A program made the position numbers and the translations under genes. Shown piece after piece: positions 1 to 7,757 of a DNA stretch of 12,357 nucleotides; the stretch's first letter is position 1; the number at the start of each line of letters is the position of its first letter. The DNA is from Candidatus Thalassarchaeum betae (GTDB lineage: Archaea; Thermoplasmatota; Poseidoniia; Poseidoniales; Thalassarchaeaceae), in NCBI GenBank assembly GCA_003193925.1, contig PSPG01000017.1:1-12357 (forward strand), in the 5' to 3' direction. The notes below the pieces were generated by a model. It searched no databases and was not told where the DNA came from. It saw only the letters and a list, made by a program, of their open reading frames with translations.

Positions 1-2
1 TC

Positions 3-3000
3 GGGAGACTCGGAGGGAGGGGGTGGAGTTGGTGGCTTTCCGTCGGCGATGTCCCACAGGTCATCGATAGACGTCTCCGAGGGCGCGCTCTCAAGCTCCT
101 CTAAGATTTCCTCTGCGCGCTCGGTTTCGCCCGGGCCTGAGTCTGGGGGTTCCGGTTCGTCGGCGGCTGGCTTGGTCGGTTTGGCAGTCTTGGGATGCGC
201 CTTCCGACTCCTACTCTTTGGTGGGGCCGGATCCTTCTCATCCAGCAGCGCCCACGACTCGTTGGGTAGCTGGGGTCTGGGCTTGCGCTTGCGGCCCTTC
301 AACAGCGAGCCATCCCCAGAGGCTCCTCCGGATTTCGACAGGGCCAGCAATGCCAACATAACGATTGCAGCCACGAACAGCATCGTCAGTGCGGTGCTGC
401 TGCGGATGGTCTCGAGAATGTTAAACGGCACGTCGTCGTCTTCCAGCGCGTCGTTGCAGCCGTCTGCGTCCCTGTCATTAGAGGAGTCAGAGACCCATCC
501 GACCACTCCGGTGGGGCACAAGTCGAGTTCGTCCGGGACGCCGTCGTTGTCGTCGTCGTCATCCTCCGAGAAATCCATGCATCCGTCGTTGTCGTAATCG
601 GGCTCAATCCCGGGCAGGGGACTGAGGGGGCAGGGGTCGAGGTCGTCGGGTATGCCGTCGTTGTCGTCGTCATCGTCTGCGAGGTCGTCGGCGCAGCCAT
701 CGCCGTCGCGGTCGTTGAACGGAGTCGACACCCAGTTCGTGAGCGGGCTGTCCTCACATGAGTCCAAGTCGGAGATGATGCCGTCGTTATCGAGGTCGTC
801 ATCCTCGAGCCTGTCATCGCAGCCGTCCCTGTCGAGGTCGACGCTGGCCGCGGTGACCTCTGGGCTCCGGATACAATCGTCGTCCACGTCTAGATGGCCG
901 TCGTTGTCGTCGTCCCCGTCCTCGCTGATGTCTCGGCAGCCGTCGCCGTCCCAGTCGTTGAAGGGCGAGGAGACCCATCCCACCTCGCCGTGGGGACACT
1001 CGTCGAGGTCGTTGTGCACTCCATCGTTGTCGATGTCCTCGTCCTCCACGAAGTCCTTGCAGCCGTCGCCGTCCCAGTCCAAGGCGTCTGAGGAGACCCA
1101 GTCGATGGCCCCTACAGGGCACAGATCGTCGGCGTCGCTCACGCCATCGTTGTCGTCGTCATCATCCTCCTGCAGGTCGTGGCAGCCGTCGCCGTCGTAG
1201 TCGAAGCTTGGATCATCCCACCAGGTCACGCCTGACGGGCAGTCGTCCTCGTCGTCGAGGTACGGGTCGCCGTCGTCGTTGTCGTCCTCGTCCCAGTCTC
1301 GGCAGCCGTCGCCGTCGTGGTCCTCGGACGAGTCCCAGTGCATGGCCCCGTCTGGGCAGTCGTCGAGGTGGTTCTCCACGCCGTCGCCGTCGTTGTCGGA
1401 ATCCTCGTAGCGGTCGTCGCAGCCGTCGCCGTCGCGGTCAACCGTGTCGTTGCCCATGTAGCCGGTGGGGCACAAGTCGAGCTCGTCCGGGACGCCGTCG
1501 TTGTCGTCGTCATCGTCCTCGGTGGAGTCCCTGCAGCCGTCGCCGTCATGGTCGGTCGTCTCATCGGAGAACCAGTCGGAGTTGCCCCACTGGCAGTCGT
1601 CCTCGGCATCCGGGACGCCGTCGGCGTCGTCATCGTCCCAATCGCCCTGGTTGACCATTTCCACGTGCAACAATATGCTGGTAATGGCCAGCTCGAAGCT
1701 GGCCGATGACACTGTCACCCAGAGGTCGAACGACTGGTTCTCGTTGACCTGCCTGAGGTTGGGCGCGCGCAGGAACAGGCTGATCGAGACGGATTCGCCT
1801 TCCATCAGGCTGACTGACGGTTGGTACGTGAAGCCGTGGCCGACCGTCGACACCCAGTAATCGGGGGTCTCGCTGGCGCTGAGATGGACGGTGTCGCCAC
1901 CTCCGGGGAGGGTGACTCCGATCAGTGTCATCGCCACATTCGCAGAGGCGTCGGGAGCGAGCGTCAAGTTGTCCGTTTGGCCGGGCTCGAGGACCAGATC
2001 TATCGAATAATCGGTCTGGGTCCAGAAGCAGAGCTGGGTCTCGAGATCGTTGTCTGGATAGGAGGTGGAGCAGTCTTCCGAGGTCCACAGGACGCTCCGG
2101 TACGGCCAGTCGAAGCCCACGATGGGCGGGGCCCCTGACCTAGTCTCGCCTGAATCGACGCCCATCAGGCTGGAGGCCCCGGAGGCAAGGACCTGGGTCT
2201 CGACCAACCCGTATGCCTGGTTGAGGGTCTGATCCAGGTCCAGATCGCCGTTGGAATCGCGCTGTGGCAACTGCAAACGGGTCCATCTGAGGTCGTTGCG
2301 GTAGTTGTCGGTCTCGAACCAGGTCATATGCACCGAGTCGTCCGAGTCAGAGGTGACCGTGGGGTACGCTCCCCACGTTAGATTTGAGTCGGCAATAGCC
2401 GTGTTGAGGACAGTGGTGGTCAGGTCGAGGTCGAGGCCGTCGAACTCGCCGTCGAGGTCGCCTTCGCGGTCCAGATCGATCTGCATGTAGTGGAGCTGGG
2501 ACGGGCCCTGGCGTTCTGTGACACCGAAGCGCCCGTCCGCCCAGACTACGTGCACGTTTCCGTAGTCGTCGATGTCGACGTCTGGGCTGGAGCTCCAGCC
2601 ATCTCCGTTCGTCAGACGGGTGTCGTTGGCGATTACGAGGTTGCCGTATCCCGAGAATGGGTCTATGGACGGGCCGATGTACTCGGCATACTGGTCATTG
2701 GTCGTGTCGGTGATGCTGCCAGGGGCGCCCAGCTCCCAGGTGACGGGGGGGTTGTTGATGAACGAGTACGGGTCCATCACAGTCAGGAATATCTCGGTGG
2801 AGCCCCCTGTTGAGAGATGCAACAAGCCGGAGACCATCAACTCCAACTCGGCCGAGTTCGATGCCGATGTCGGGAAACTGTACATCTGGCCCCCCGCGTC
2901 GGTGAGTCTTGTAGTCGAGCCGTTGCAGGTCCTGATGTTCAGGCCGGTGCCGTTCGGGCACTGGGCGAGGTCCATCATGTGCGATCCGACATCGGTGGAG

Positions 3001-4421
3001 CCGGAGCCGAAGCCAGCAGCCAGGAGGGGGACTGGGATGATGCCGGCGATGACGCAGGCGTCGTGGGCCTCGTTGATGCTCTGTGTGTCGTCCGACTGCT
3101 GGGCGGGGTCGCCGCCGTAGGGGCCCTCGTCAGAGATCGGGATCATGAATTTTAGTGCGCTTGAGTTCCAGTGGTGGTCAAGCTGAGTGGGTGGGTCGCC
3201 CGGGCTGATGCCGCTGCTGTCGTGCCACGACAGGCAGGCCCATGTCGAGCCCGGGCCCCACATCTCGCTGTAGTAGCCACCGTCCATAGGCAGGTCGATT
3301 GCGCCGCCGTCGTACATTACCTCGGTGAGTTCCCTGATGCCGCCCGAATCGTCTCCGGCTGAGAGGGGGGTGGTCCGGGGCCCTTGGCTGCCGGAGCCAC
3401 CGGTCTGGTAGGCCTCTGCGCAGTTGCCGCTTGTCGCAGCGCTGGGCCAGTTGCCGCTGAGCGCGTAAAGGGTCTCCATAACGGTGATGTCGGGATACTG
3501 CAGCAGCGGCTTCAGTCCGGCGAAGTAGCCACCGCTAGAGAAATAGCCGCCATAGAAGACTACGCACATGTCGGCCCACTCCGTGTCCATCGATCCGGAG
3601 GTGTCGATTGGCATGACCATCTCGATCGCGCTGCCTCGAGTGTCCTCCCACACCACCACGACGGTGTCGTCATCTCCCACTGAGATTGCCGGATGGCCCG
3701 CTTGGGAAATGATGGGTGTCACCAGTGTATGGCCTATCATCGTCATGAACCCGGAGGAGGTGTCGAATGCAACCATGGTGTAGTAGAGGTTAGGGGTGCT
3801 GTAGTACATGTCCAGCGAATCGTAGGTGTCGACCCAGACGATGTGCGCCGCGTCGTAGGAGTCCACTGCGATATCGGGGTCGGTTCTCGTGCCTGCTCCG
3901 TCCGCCAGCACGGTGGAGGGTTGGAGCGTCATGTTGGTGATGTCGCCCGCAGAGCCGTCATGGTCGTCTAAACCGGGGTCAATCAGGACGTACCTGATCT
4001 CCGTGCCGATGGACTCCCAGACGATGTGCGCCTTGGCTTGCGAGTCGACCACCATGACCGGATTGGTGATTGTCAGAGACGAGTTCGCGGGTATTTCGGT
4101 GGTGGATATCAGTGGATGCCCCGCGAGATTGAACAGGGCGTAGTTCAACGAGCCTGAGTAGGCGTCCTCCACCCACACCACGTGCACCCTGTTCAGGTGG
4201 TCAACGGCCCCCGTGACCTCGGCCGGGTCATCCATGTTGAGATTAGAGATCAGGGTCTGTATGGTGCTGTCGTTCGCGGTGTTGTTTGCCGTGAAATGGC
4301 GCTCGCCGGGGGTGTCAAGGACGGTATGCTGAGTGATGTGAATAGGGGCTGCGATGGAAAACAGGAGAATTGCTACCAGTATCACCGATTGGCGGTACGA
4401 ATTGAATGGCCCCCTAGTCAT
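3..4421 (-). CDS. Large secreted/membrane-anchored surface protein (signal peptide, beta-propeller with inserted vWA domain, Ig-like domain, thrombospondin type-3-like repeats, TM anchor, Pro/acidic tail); 3' end lies outside the window
   Basis: Manual translation from ATG at 4421 (MTRGPFNSYRQSVILVAILLFSIAAP...) stays open to the left edge (...DLWDIADGKPPTPPPPSESP), 1473 codons. The Ser-rich + strand ORFs in the track are its antisense shadows, all in one register. Hydrophobic N-terminus; D-x-x-x-x-x-H-[VI]-V-W blade motifs; IDTSGSM and ISDEG vWA motifs; DxDxDGC repeats; TM segment ALTMLFVAAIVMLALLAL (~339-392) followed by KGRKRKPR. Confidence 0.93.
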   Translation of the reverse strand, partial: MTRGPFNSYRQSVILVAILLFSIAAPIHITQHTVLDTPGERHFTANNTANDSTIQTLISNLNMDDPAEVTGAVDHLNRVHVVWVEDAYSGSLNYALFNLAGHPLISTTEIPANSSLTITNPVMVVDSQAKAHIVWESIGTEIRYVLIDPGLDDHDGSAGDITNMTLQPSTVLADGAGTRTDPDIAVDSYDAAHIVWVDTYDSLDMYYSTPNLYYTMVAFDTSSGFMTMIGHTLVTPIISQAGHPAISVGDDDTVVVVWEDTRGSAIEMVMPIDTSGSMDTEWADMCVVFYGGYFSSGGYFAGLKPLLQYPDITVMETLYALSGNWPSAATSGNCAEAYQTGGSGSQGPRTTPLSAGDDSGGIRELTEVMYDGGAIDLPMDGGYYSEMWGPGSTWACLSWHDSSGISPGDPPTQLDHHWNSSALKFMIPISDEGPYGGDPAQQSDDTQSINEAHDACVIAGIIPVPLLAAGFGSGSTDVGSHMMDLAQCPNGTGLNIRTCNGSTTRLTDAGGQMYSFPTSASNSAELELMVSGLLHLSTGGSTEIFLTVMDPYSFINNPPVTWELGAPGSITDTTNDQYAEYIGPSIDPFSGYGNLVIANDTRLTNGDGWSSSPDVDIDDYGNVHVVWADGRFGVTERQGPSQLHYMQIDLDREGDLDGEFDGLDLDLTTTVLNTAIADSNLTWGAYPTVTSDSDDSVHMTWFETDNYRNDLRWTRLQLPQRDSNGDLDLDQTLNQAYGLVETQVLASGASSLMGVDSGETRSGAPPIVGFDWPYRSVLWTSEDCSTSYPDNDLETQLCFWTQTDYSIDLVLEPGQTDNLTLAPDASANVAMTLIGVTLPGGGDTVHLSASETPDYWVSTVGHGFTYQPSVSLMEGESVSISLFLRAPNLRQVNENQSFDLWVTVSSASFELAITSILLHVEMVNQGDWDDDDADGVPDAEDDCQWGNSDWFSDETTDHDGDGCRDSTEDDDDDNDGVPDELDLCPTGYMGNDTVDRDGDGCDDRYEDSDNDGDGVENHLDDCPDGAMHWDSSEDHDGDGCRDWDEDDNDDGDPYLDDEDDCPSGVTWWDDPSFDYDGDGCHDLQEDDDDDNDGVSDADDLCPVGAIDWVSSDALDWDGDGCKDFVEDEDIDNDGVHNDLDECPHGEVGWVSSPFNDWDGDGCRDISEDGDDDNDGHLDVDDDCIRSPEVTAASVDLDRDGCDDRLEDDDLDNDGIISDLDSCEDSPLTNWVSTPFNDRDGDGCADDLADDDDDNDGIPDDLDPCPLSPLPGIEPDYDNDGCMDFSEDDDDDNDGVPDELDLCPTGVVGWVSDSSNDRDADGCNDALEDDDVPFNILETIRSSTALTMLFVAAIVMLALLALSKSGGASGDGSLLKGRKRKPRPQLPNESWALLDEKDPAPPKSRSRKAHPKTAKPTKPAADEPEPPDSGPGETERAEEILEELESAPSETSIDDLWDIADGKPPTPPPPSESP
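430..1645 (-). repeat. Ten tandem thrombospondin type-3-like Ca2+-binding units within the surface protein
   Basis: Ten ~38-41-aa units of the form DDDDNDGVPDxxDxCP-x(10-14)-DxDGDGCxDxxED, each with two Cys. Produces the gtcgtcgtc-rich DNA on the + strand. Confidence 0.9.
2810..3629 (-). other. von Willebrand factor A (vWA) domain inserted in the propeller of the surface protein
   Basis: AIEMVMPIDTSGSM (MIDAS DxSxS at 3605-3591), later WNSSALKFMIPISDEGP (beta4 with the conserved Asp), AHDACVIAGIIPVPL, MMDLA and GGQMYSF, in the usual vWA order. Confidence 0.8.
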
Positions 4422-4568
4422 CGGTAGCCTACCAGCGTATTTCTCTAAAGATTGATTCGGTTTCAGGTCAGAACCCGTATTAGCAGTATCGCTTACCTAC
4501 GGTTCCTACAATCAATCGCATGGGGGCCCCTTCCGCTCGTATATGGTCGGATGGGTACCCTCTGATTC

Positions 4569-4589
4569 GGTTTGGATCCTCGTGAGTCC
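4569..4589 (-). repeat. Partial/hybrid copy (E) of the intergenic repeat
   Basis: Reverse complement GGACTCACGAGGATCCAAACC. ATCCTCGTGAGT (4576-4587) is identical to 11640-11651. Confidence 0.55.
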
Positions 4590-4642
4590 ACTCTCTGGAG
4601 TTGTCCGGTTGGTTTTTGACCACCGAACCTCTACTCATCCCG

Positions 4643-5104
4643 ATGAGAATCGAGCGACTCTCCCCCAATGAGTGGGAGCGACTCCAATCCATCCGACTGC
4701 GTTCGTTGCTAGAATCGCCTGAGTCATTTAGCACCACGCACGAGCAGGCATCGCTATTCCCACATGAGTCCTGGGTAAAGCAACTCGAAGACCTTCCTAC
4801 ATTCGTGGCCGTCCTCGATGGCGGGGACGCAGGAATTGTACGCGGGGAGCATGATGAGGAAAAGGACGAGGTTTGGCTAATCTCGCTTTGGGTGGCCCCC
4901 GAGGCACGCGGACTTGGCATAGGTGAAACCCTTGCCAGAGAGGTCATCGACTGGGTGAAATCGATAGGAAATCAAACTCTCGTGCTCGAAGTCCGCGAGG
5001 GAAATAAGCATGCTCGAGATCTATACGCTAGGATGGGATTCCTACCCAACGGTGCAGTGCCTACAGACTGCTGTGAGATTCAACTAGAGCTGGTTCTGGA
5101 ATGA
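4643..5104 (+). CDS. GNAT family N-acetyltransferase
   Basis: MRIERL...W start (ATG 4643 preferred over TTG 4601). Motif A LWVAPEARGLGIGETL and motif B LEVREGNKHARDLYARMGF. Confidence 0.9.
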   Translation: MRIERLSPNEWERLQSIRLRSLLESPESFSTTHEQASLFPHESWVKQLEDLPTFVAVLDGGDAGIVRGEHDEEKDEVWLISLWVAPEARGLGIGETLAREVIDWVKSIGNQTLVLEVREGNKHARDLYARMGFLPNGAVPTDCCEIQLELVLE

Positions 5105-5120
5105 GCCTCCGATGACCATG

Positions 5121-5167
5121 TCCTCGTGGATCTAAACCCCTGAGCTTCCGGACTCAAGAGGATTTAC
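5121..5167 (+). repeat. Intergenic palindromic repeat, copy A (longest)
   Basis: TCCTCGTGGATCTAAACCCCTGAGCTTCCGGACTCAAGAGGATTTAC, 16 nt after the GNAT stop. Imperfect terminal inverted repeat TCCTCGTG...CAAGAGGA and inner TGAG...CTCA. Confidence 0.9.
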
Positions 5168-5231
5168 TCTGCACATATGCCAATTAAATTCCATAGGAAT
5201 AACCATTGTTAGTTGGTGACTTCAGCGAATA

Positions 5232-5960
5232 ATGGAGCTCCTCCTCCTCGCTTGCCTCGGGGCATTCTTCGCTGCGGCTCTCACCGTGCCCGCAGGTTTC
5301 GGCCTCTCGACCATGCTGACTCCGATCGTCCTCCTCCTAATGGGCCCTCACGAAGCGGTGGCTGTCGTTGCAGTGGTGCACGGTGCACACAATGCGGGGA
5401 AATATCTGGCGTTGCGTGAGAGCGTCGATGTCTCCGCCTTCAAACACTACGGCATCTGGTTGGTCATCGGTGCCATCGTCGGTGCCTTATTGCAAAATCA
5501 GGTACCGCAGGACCCACTTCTTGCCATAATCGGCCTCTTCCTCGTTCTCCTACCACTCTTGTCTCTAAGCGAATCGTGGACAGGGCATAGGATTCCAGAG
5601 GCCAACGATCGAGTTGGGGGCTTCGCGTCCGGATTCATGGGGGGTCTCTCTGGGCATCAGGGTGCCCTGCGGGCAATGTTCCTTACCAGACGATTGACGG
5701 ACAAGATGGCCTACGCTGCAACAGCGAGCGTGCTCGCGCTGTGCGTGGACGCCTCGCGGATTCCAGTCTACCTCATTTTCCGTTTCGACGAAACCGTAGC
5801 ACATGCACAACTCACAGCGTTCCTCGTAGTTGCCGCCTTGCTTGGCGTTCGGGTGGGGAAGCGATGGTTGGAGTCCATGAAATCGGAATGGATACACAAC
5901 TTCGTGACCGTTGGAGTCGTTGCCAGTGGGATCTTCTATCTCTATGAGGCACTTACGTGA
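5232..5960 (+). CDS. Sulfite exporter TauE/SafE (TSUP) family membrane protein
   Basis: 242 aa, about 8 hydrophobic segments. Twofold repeated family motifs AGFGLSTMLTP and GFMGGLSGHQGALRAMFL. Confidence 0.85.
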   Translation: MELLLLACLGAFFAAALTVPAGFGLSTMLTPIVLLLMGPHEAVAVVAVVHGAHNAGKYLALRESVDVSAFKHYGIWLVIGAIVGALLQNQVPQDPLLAIIGLFLVLLPLLSLSESWTGHRIPEANDRVGGFASGFMGGLSGHQGALRAMFLTRRLTDKMAYAATASVLALCVDASRIPVYLIFRFDETVAHAQLTAFLVVAALLGVRVGKRWLESMKSEWIHNFVTVGVVASGIFYLYEALT

Positions 5961-5972
5961 CAGTAGAATGGG

Positions 5973-6019
5973 ACGAGGGTCTGAACCCTCGTGGATCTAA
6001 ACCCCTGAGCTTCCGGACT
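5973..6019 (+). repeat. Intergenic palindromic repeat, copy B, preceded by an overlapping perfect hairpin
   Basis: 5987-6019 is identical over 33 bp to 5122-5154. 5973-5992 is ACGAGGGT-CTGA-ACCCTCGT (8-bp stem, 4-nt loop). Confidence 0.9.
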
Positions 6020-6056
6020 TGTTTTCTGAACTTTGAGAGATTCTACAGGTGAGCGA

Positions 6057-7275
6057 ATGACAACAGTGCAATTCAATGTCGACAATCGTCAAGCTAAGCG
6101 AAATGTCGCTGTCTTGTTCTACGCACAGGCGATTCTCGGCTCGCAACAATCGATCAATATCATCCTCGGCGGGCTAGCAGGATTCGCTCTCGCCGGCAAC
6201 AAAGCATTGGCGACATTGCCGATCTCGGTCATGCTTCTCGCTTCGATGCTTTCGGCAGGTCCAGTTTCGTTATTCATGGGACGGTTTGGACGTAGGGCAG
6301 GATTTCTGCTCGGAGCAGCAGCAGGACTGCTTGGAGGAGGTTGCAGTGCATTGGCATTGTATGTCGGGCGATTCGACTTGCTTTTGCTAGGAGCGGGCTT
6401 GACTGGAATCTTCCGCTCGACCCACGGGTATTTCCGCTTCGCGGCAGCCGATACGGCTTCTGAAGAATTCAAACCGAAGGCGATTTCTCTGGTTTTGGCC
6501 GGCGGATTGCTGAGTGCATGTTCGCTCGACAACCGATGCAATAGATTCAACCCCTTATGCTGGCGCTTATCTCGCAGTAATCGCAATCAATGTGATCGGC
6601 TCACTCGGACTATTATTCCTCGATATCCCAACACCACCACGAAAAAAGAAAGGAGAAAAATCAGGTCGAGATCTCAAAGAAATCTTCACTCAACCAAAAA
6701 CGGTTGTCGCAGTTATCTGCGCCATGGTTTCCTACGCGATGATGACGCTTGTGATGACTTCTACAACGCTGGCGATGACAGCGACTGGATTCACCACCGC
6801 GGGGGCTGCAGACGTGATTCGCTGGCATATCATCGCGATGTTCGCGCCGAGTTTCTTCACCGGCGCGATAATCTCTCGAATCGGTCAATTACGGGTGATC
6901 ATGATTGGCCTTACACTACTTGGAATCGCGGCGTTCATCAGTGTCAGTGGGGATGAGGTCGAAAACTTCTACTTTGCATTAATCGCATTGGGGCTCGGAT
7001 GGAATTTCGGTTTCATCGGAGCAACAAGTCTGCTGACGACGACACACACAAGTGAGGAACAGGCGAAGGTGCAAGGACTGAATGATGTGCTGGTGTCAGG
7101 CCTCGTGACGATTGCCTCATTTGGCTCGGGCGCTATCCTGCAAATTTACGGTTGGGAATATGTGCAATATGCGATGATCCCAGCTCTTTCCTTGGCTGCC
7201 CTGGCCATTCTCTGGTTGGCGATCAAAACCAGACGTGCACGGAGCATAGAACCGAACTTCGGAGGTATGCGGTGA
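6057..7275 (+). pseudogene. MFS transporter, frameshifted near 6519
   Basis: ATG 6057 follows AGGTGA. The N-half has MFS motif A (MGRFGRRAGF) and YFRFAAAD...KAISLVLAGGLLSA. The C-half (HIIAMFAPSFFTG, GLGWNFGFIGAT, KVQGLND) is in a different frame (ORF 6514..7275). Confidence 0.85.
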
Positions 7276-7338
7276 TAGAAACAGTGAATGCAGTGGAATA
7301 GAGGTCTAGGAAATCCGTGGTCCCCCGTGAGCCTTGAA

Positions 7339-7376
7339 TCCTCGTGGATCTAAACCCCTGAGTCTGAACCCACAGG
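7339..7376 (+). repeat. Intergenic palindromic repeat, copy C (truncated, joined to a GTCTGAACCC module)
   Basis: 7339-7362 (TCCTCGTGGATCTAAACCCCTGAG) is identical to 5121-5144. GTCTGAACCC (7362-7371) also occurs at 5979-5988. Confidence 0.88.
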
Positions 7377-7440
7377 AACCACTACCCTCACAGGAGGCAC
7401 ATCCCTTCCTCCGTTTCAGCTATGATGGCTACCTGAATTC

Positions 7441-7468
7441 AATTTCACGTTAGCCTCGCCCTGCCTGC
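7441..7468 (+). promoter_or_regulatory. Putative regulatory motif upstream of the PolB2 operon
   Basis: AATTTCAC-N8-CGCCCTGCCTGC ends 37 nt before ATG 7506. It resembles the motif upstream of the RadA-like gene. Confidence 0.45.
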
Positions 7469-7505
7469 AAAGTTCATCATACCCTCTCGGTAATCTCGGT
7501 CGCCC

Positions 7506-7757
7506 ATGGGCAGGACAGTAGCGACTTGGAGGAACCGGATTGAATGCCGGGTTGAGAGGTGGACGGGTTTCCGGCGCGTGTTGAGAATGGCGGAGCGTGC
7601 CGAGTTCGATCGCATGTTGAGAGCGGCTCGCGAGCGGGCGGCGGCATGTGGGATGGTCCCCTCCTCCGACGTCTTCGAGCCGGCTGTACTAGCGATGCTG
7701 GTCGATGTCAACTCTAGGCTGACTGCCTTGGAGACTCGCGGTGACGAGGATGATTGA
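7506..7757 (+). CDS. Small alpha-helical PolB2-associated protein (arCOG07300-like)
   Basis: MGRTVATWR...WTGFRRVLRMAERAEFDRML..AR matches the MGRTxPT..W..FRRALR..D...FD.L pattern I recall for the small gene adjacent to archaeal polB2. Its stop overlaps the polB start by 8 nt. Confidence 0.8.
   Translation: MGRTVATWRNRIECRVERWTGFRRVLRMAERAEFDRMLRAARERAAACGMVPSSDVFEPAVLAMLVDVNSRLTALETRGDEDD

Noticed and set aside
49-4427. Many Ser-, Thr-, Arg- and Val-rich ORFs in the track
   Set aside because: They are antisense or off-frame shadows of the Asp-rich minus-strand surface protein (GAC codon runs).
5121-5215. Canonical integron attC sites
   Set aside because: No paired RYYYAAC/GTTRRRY ends are shared by the copies and no integrase is in the window. 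Only the layout is integron-like.
6510-6530. Programmed ribosomal frameshift in the MFS gene
   Set aside because: No slippery heptamer or homopolymer at the junction, and conserved residues appear to be missing.
5121-7362. CRISPR array interpretation of the ~33-bp repeats
   Set aside because: Spacing is 865 and 1353 bp with whole genes between copies, the copies are unequally truncated, and there are no cas genes or leader.
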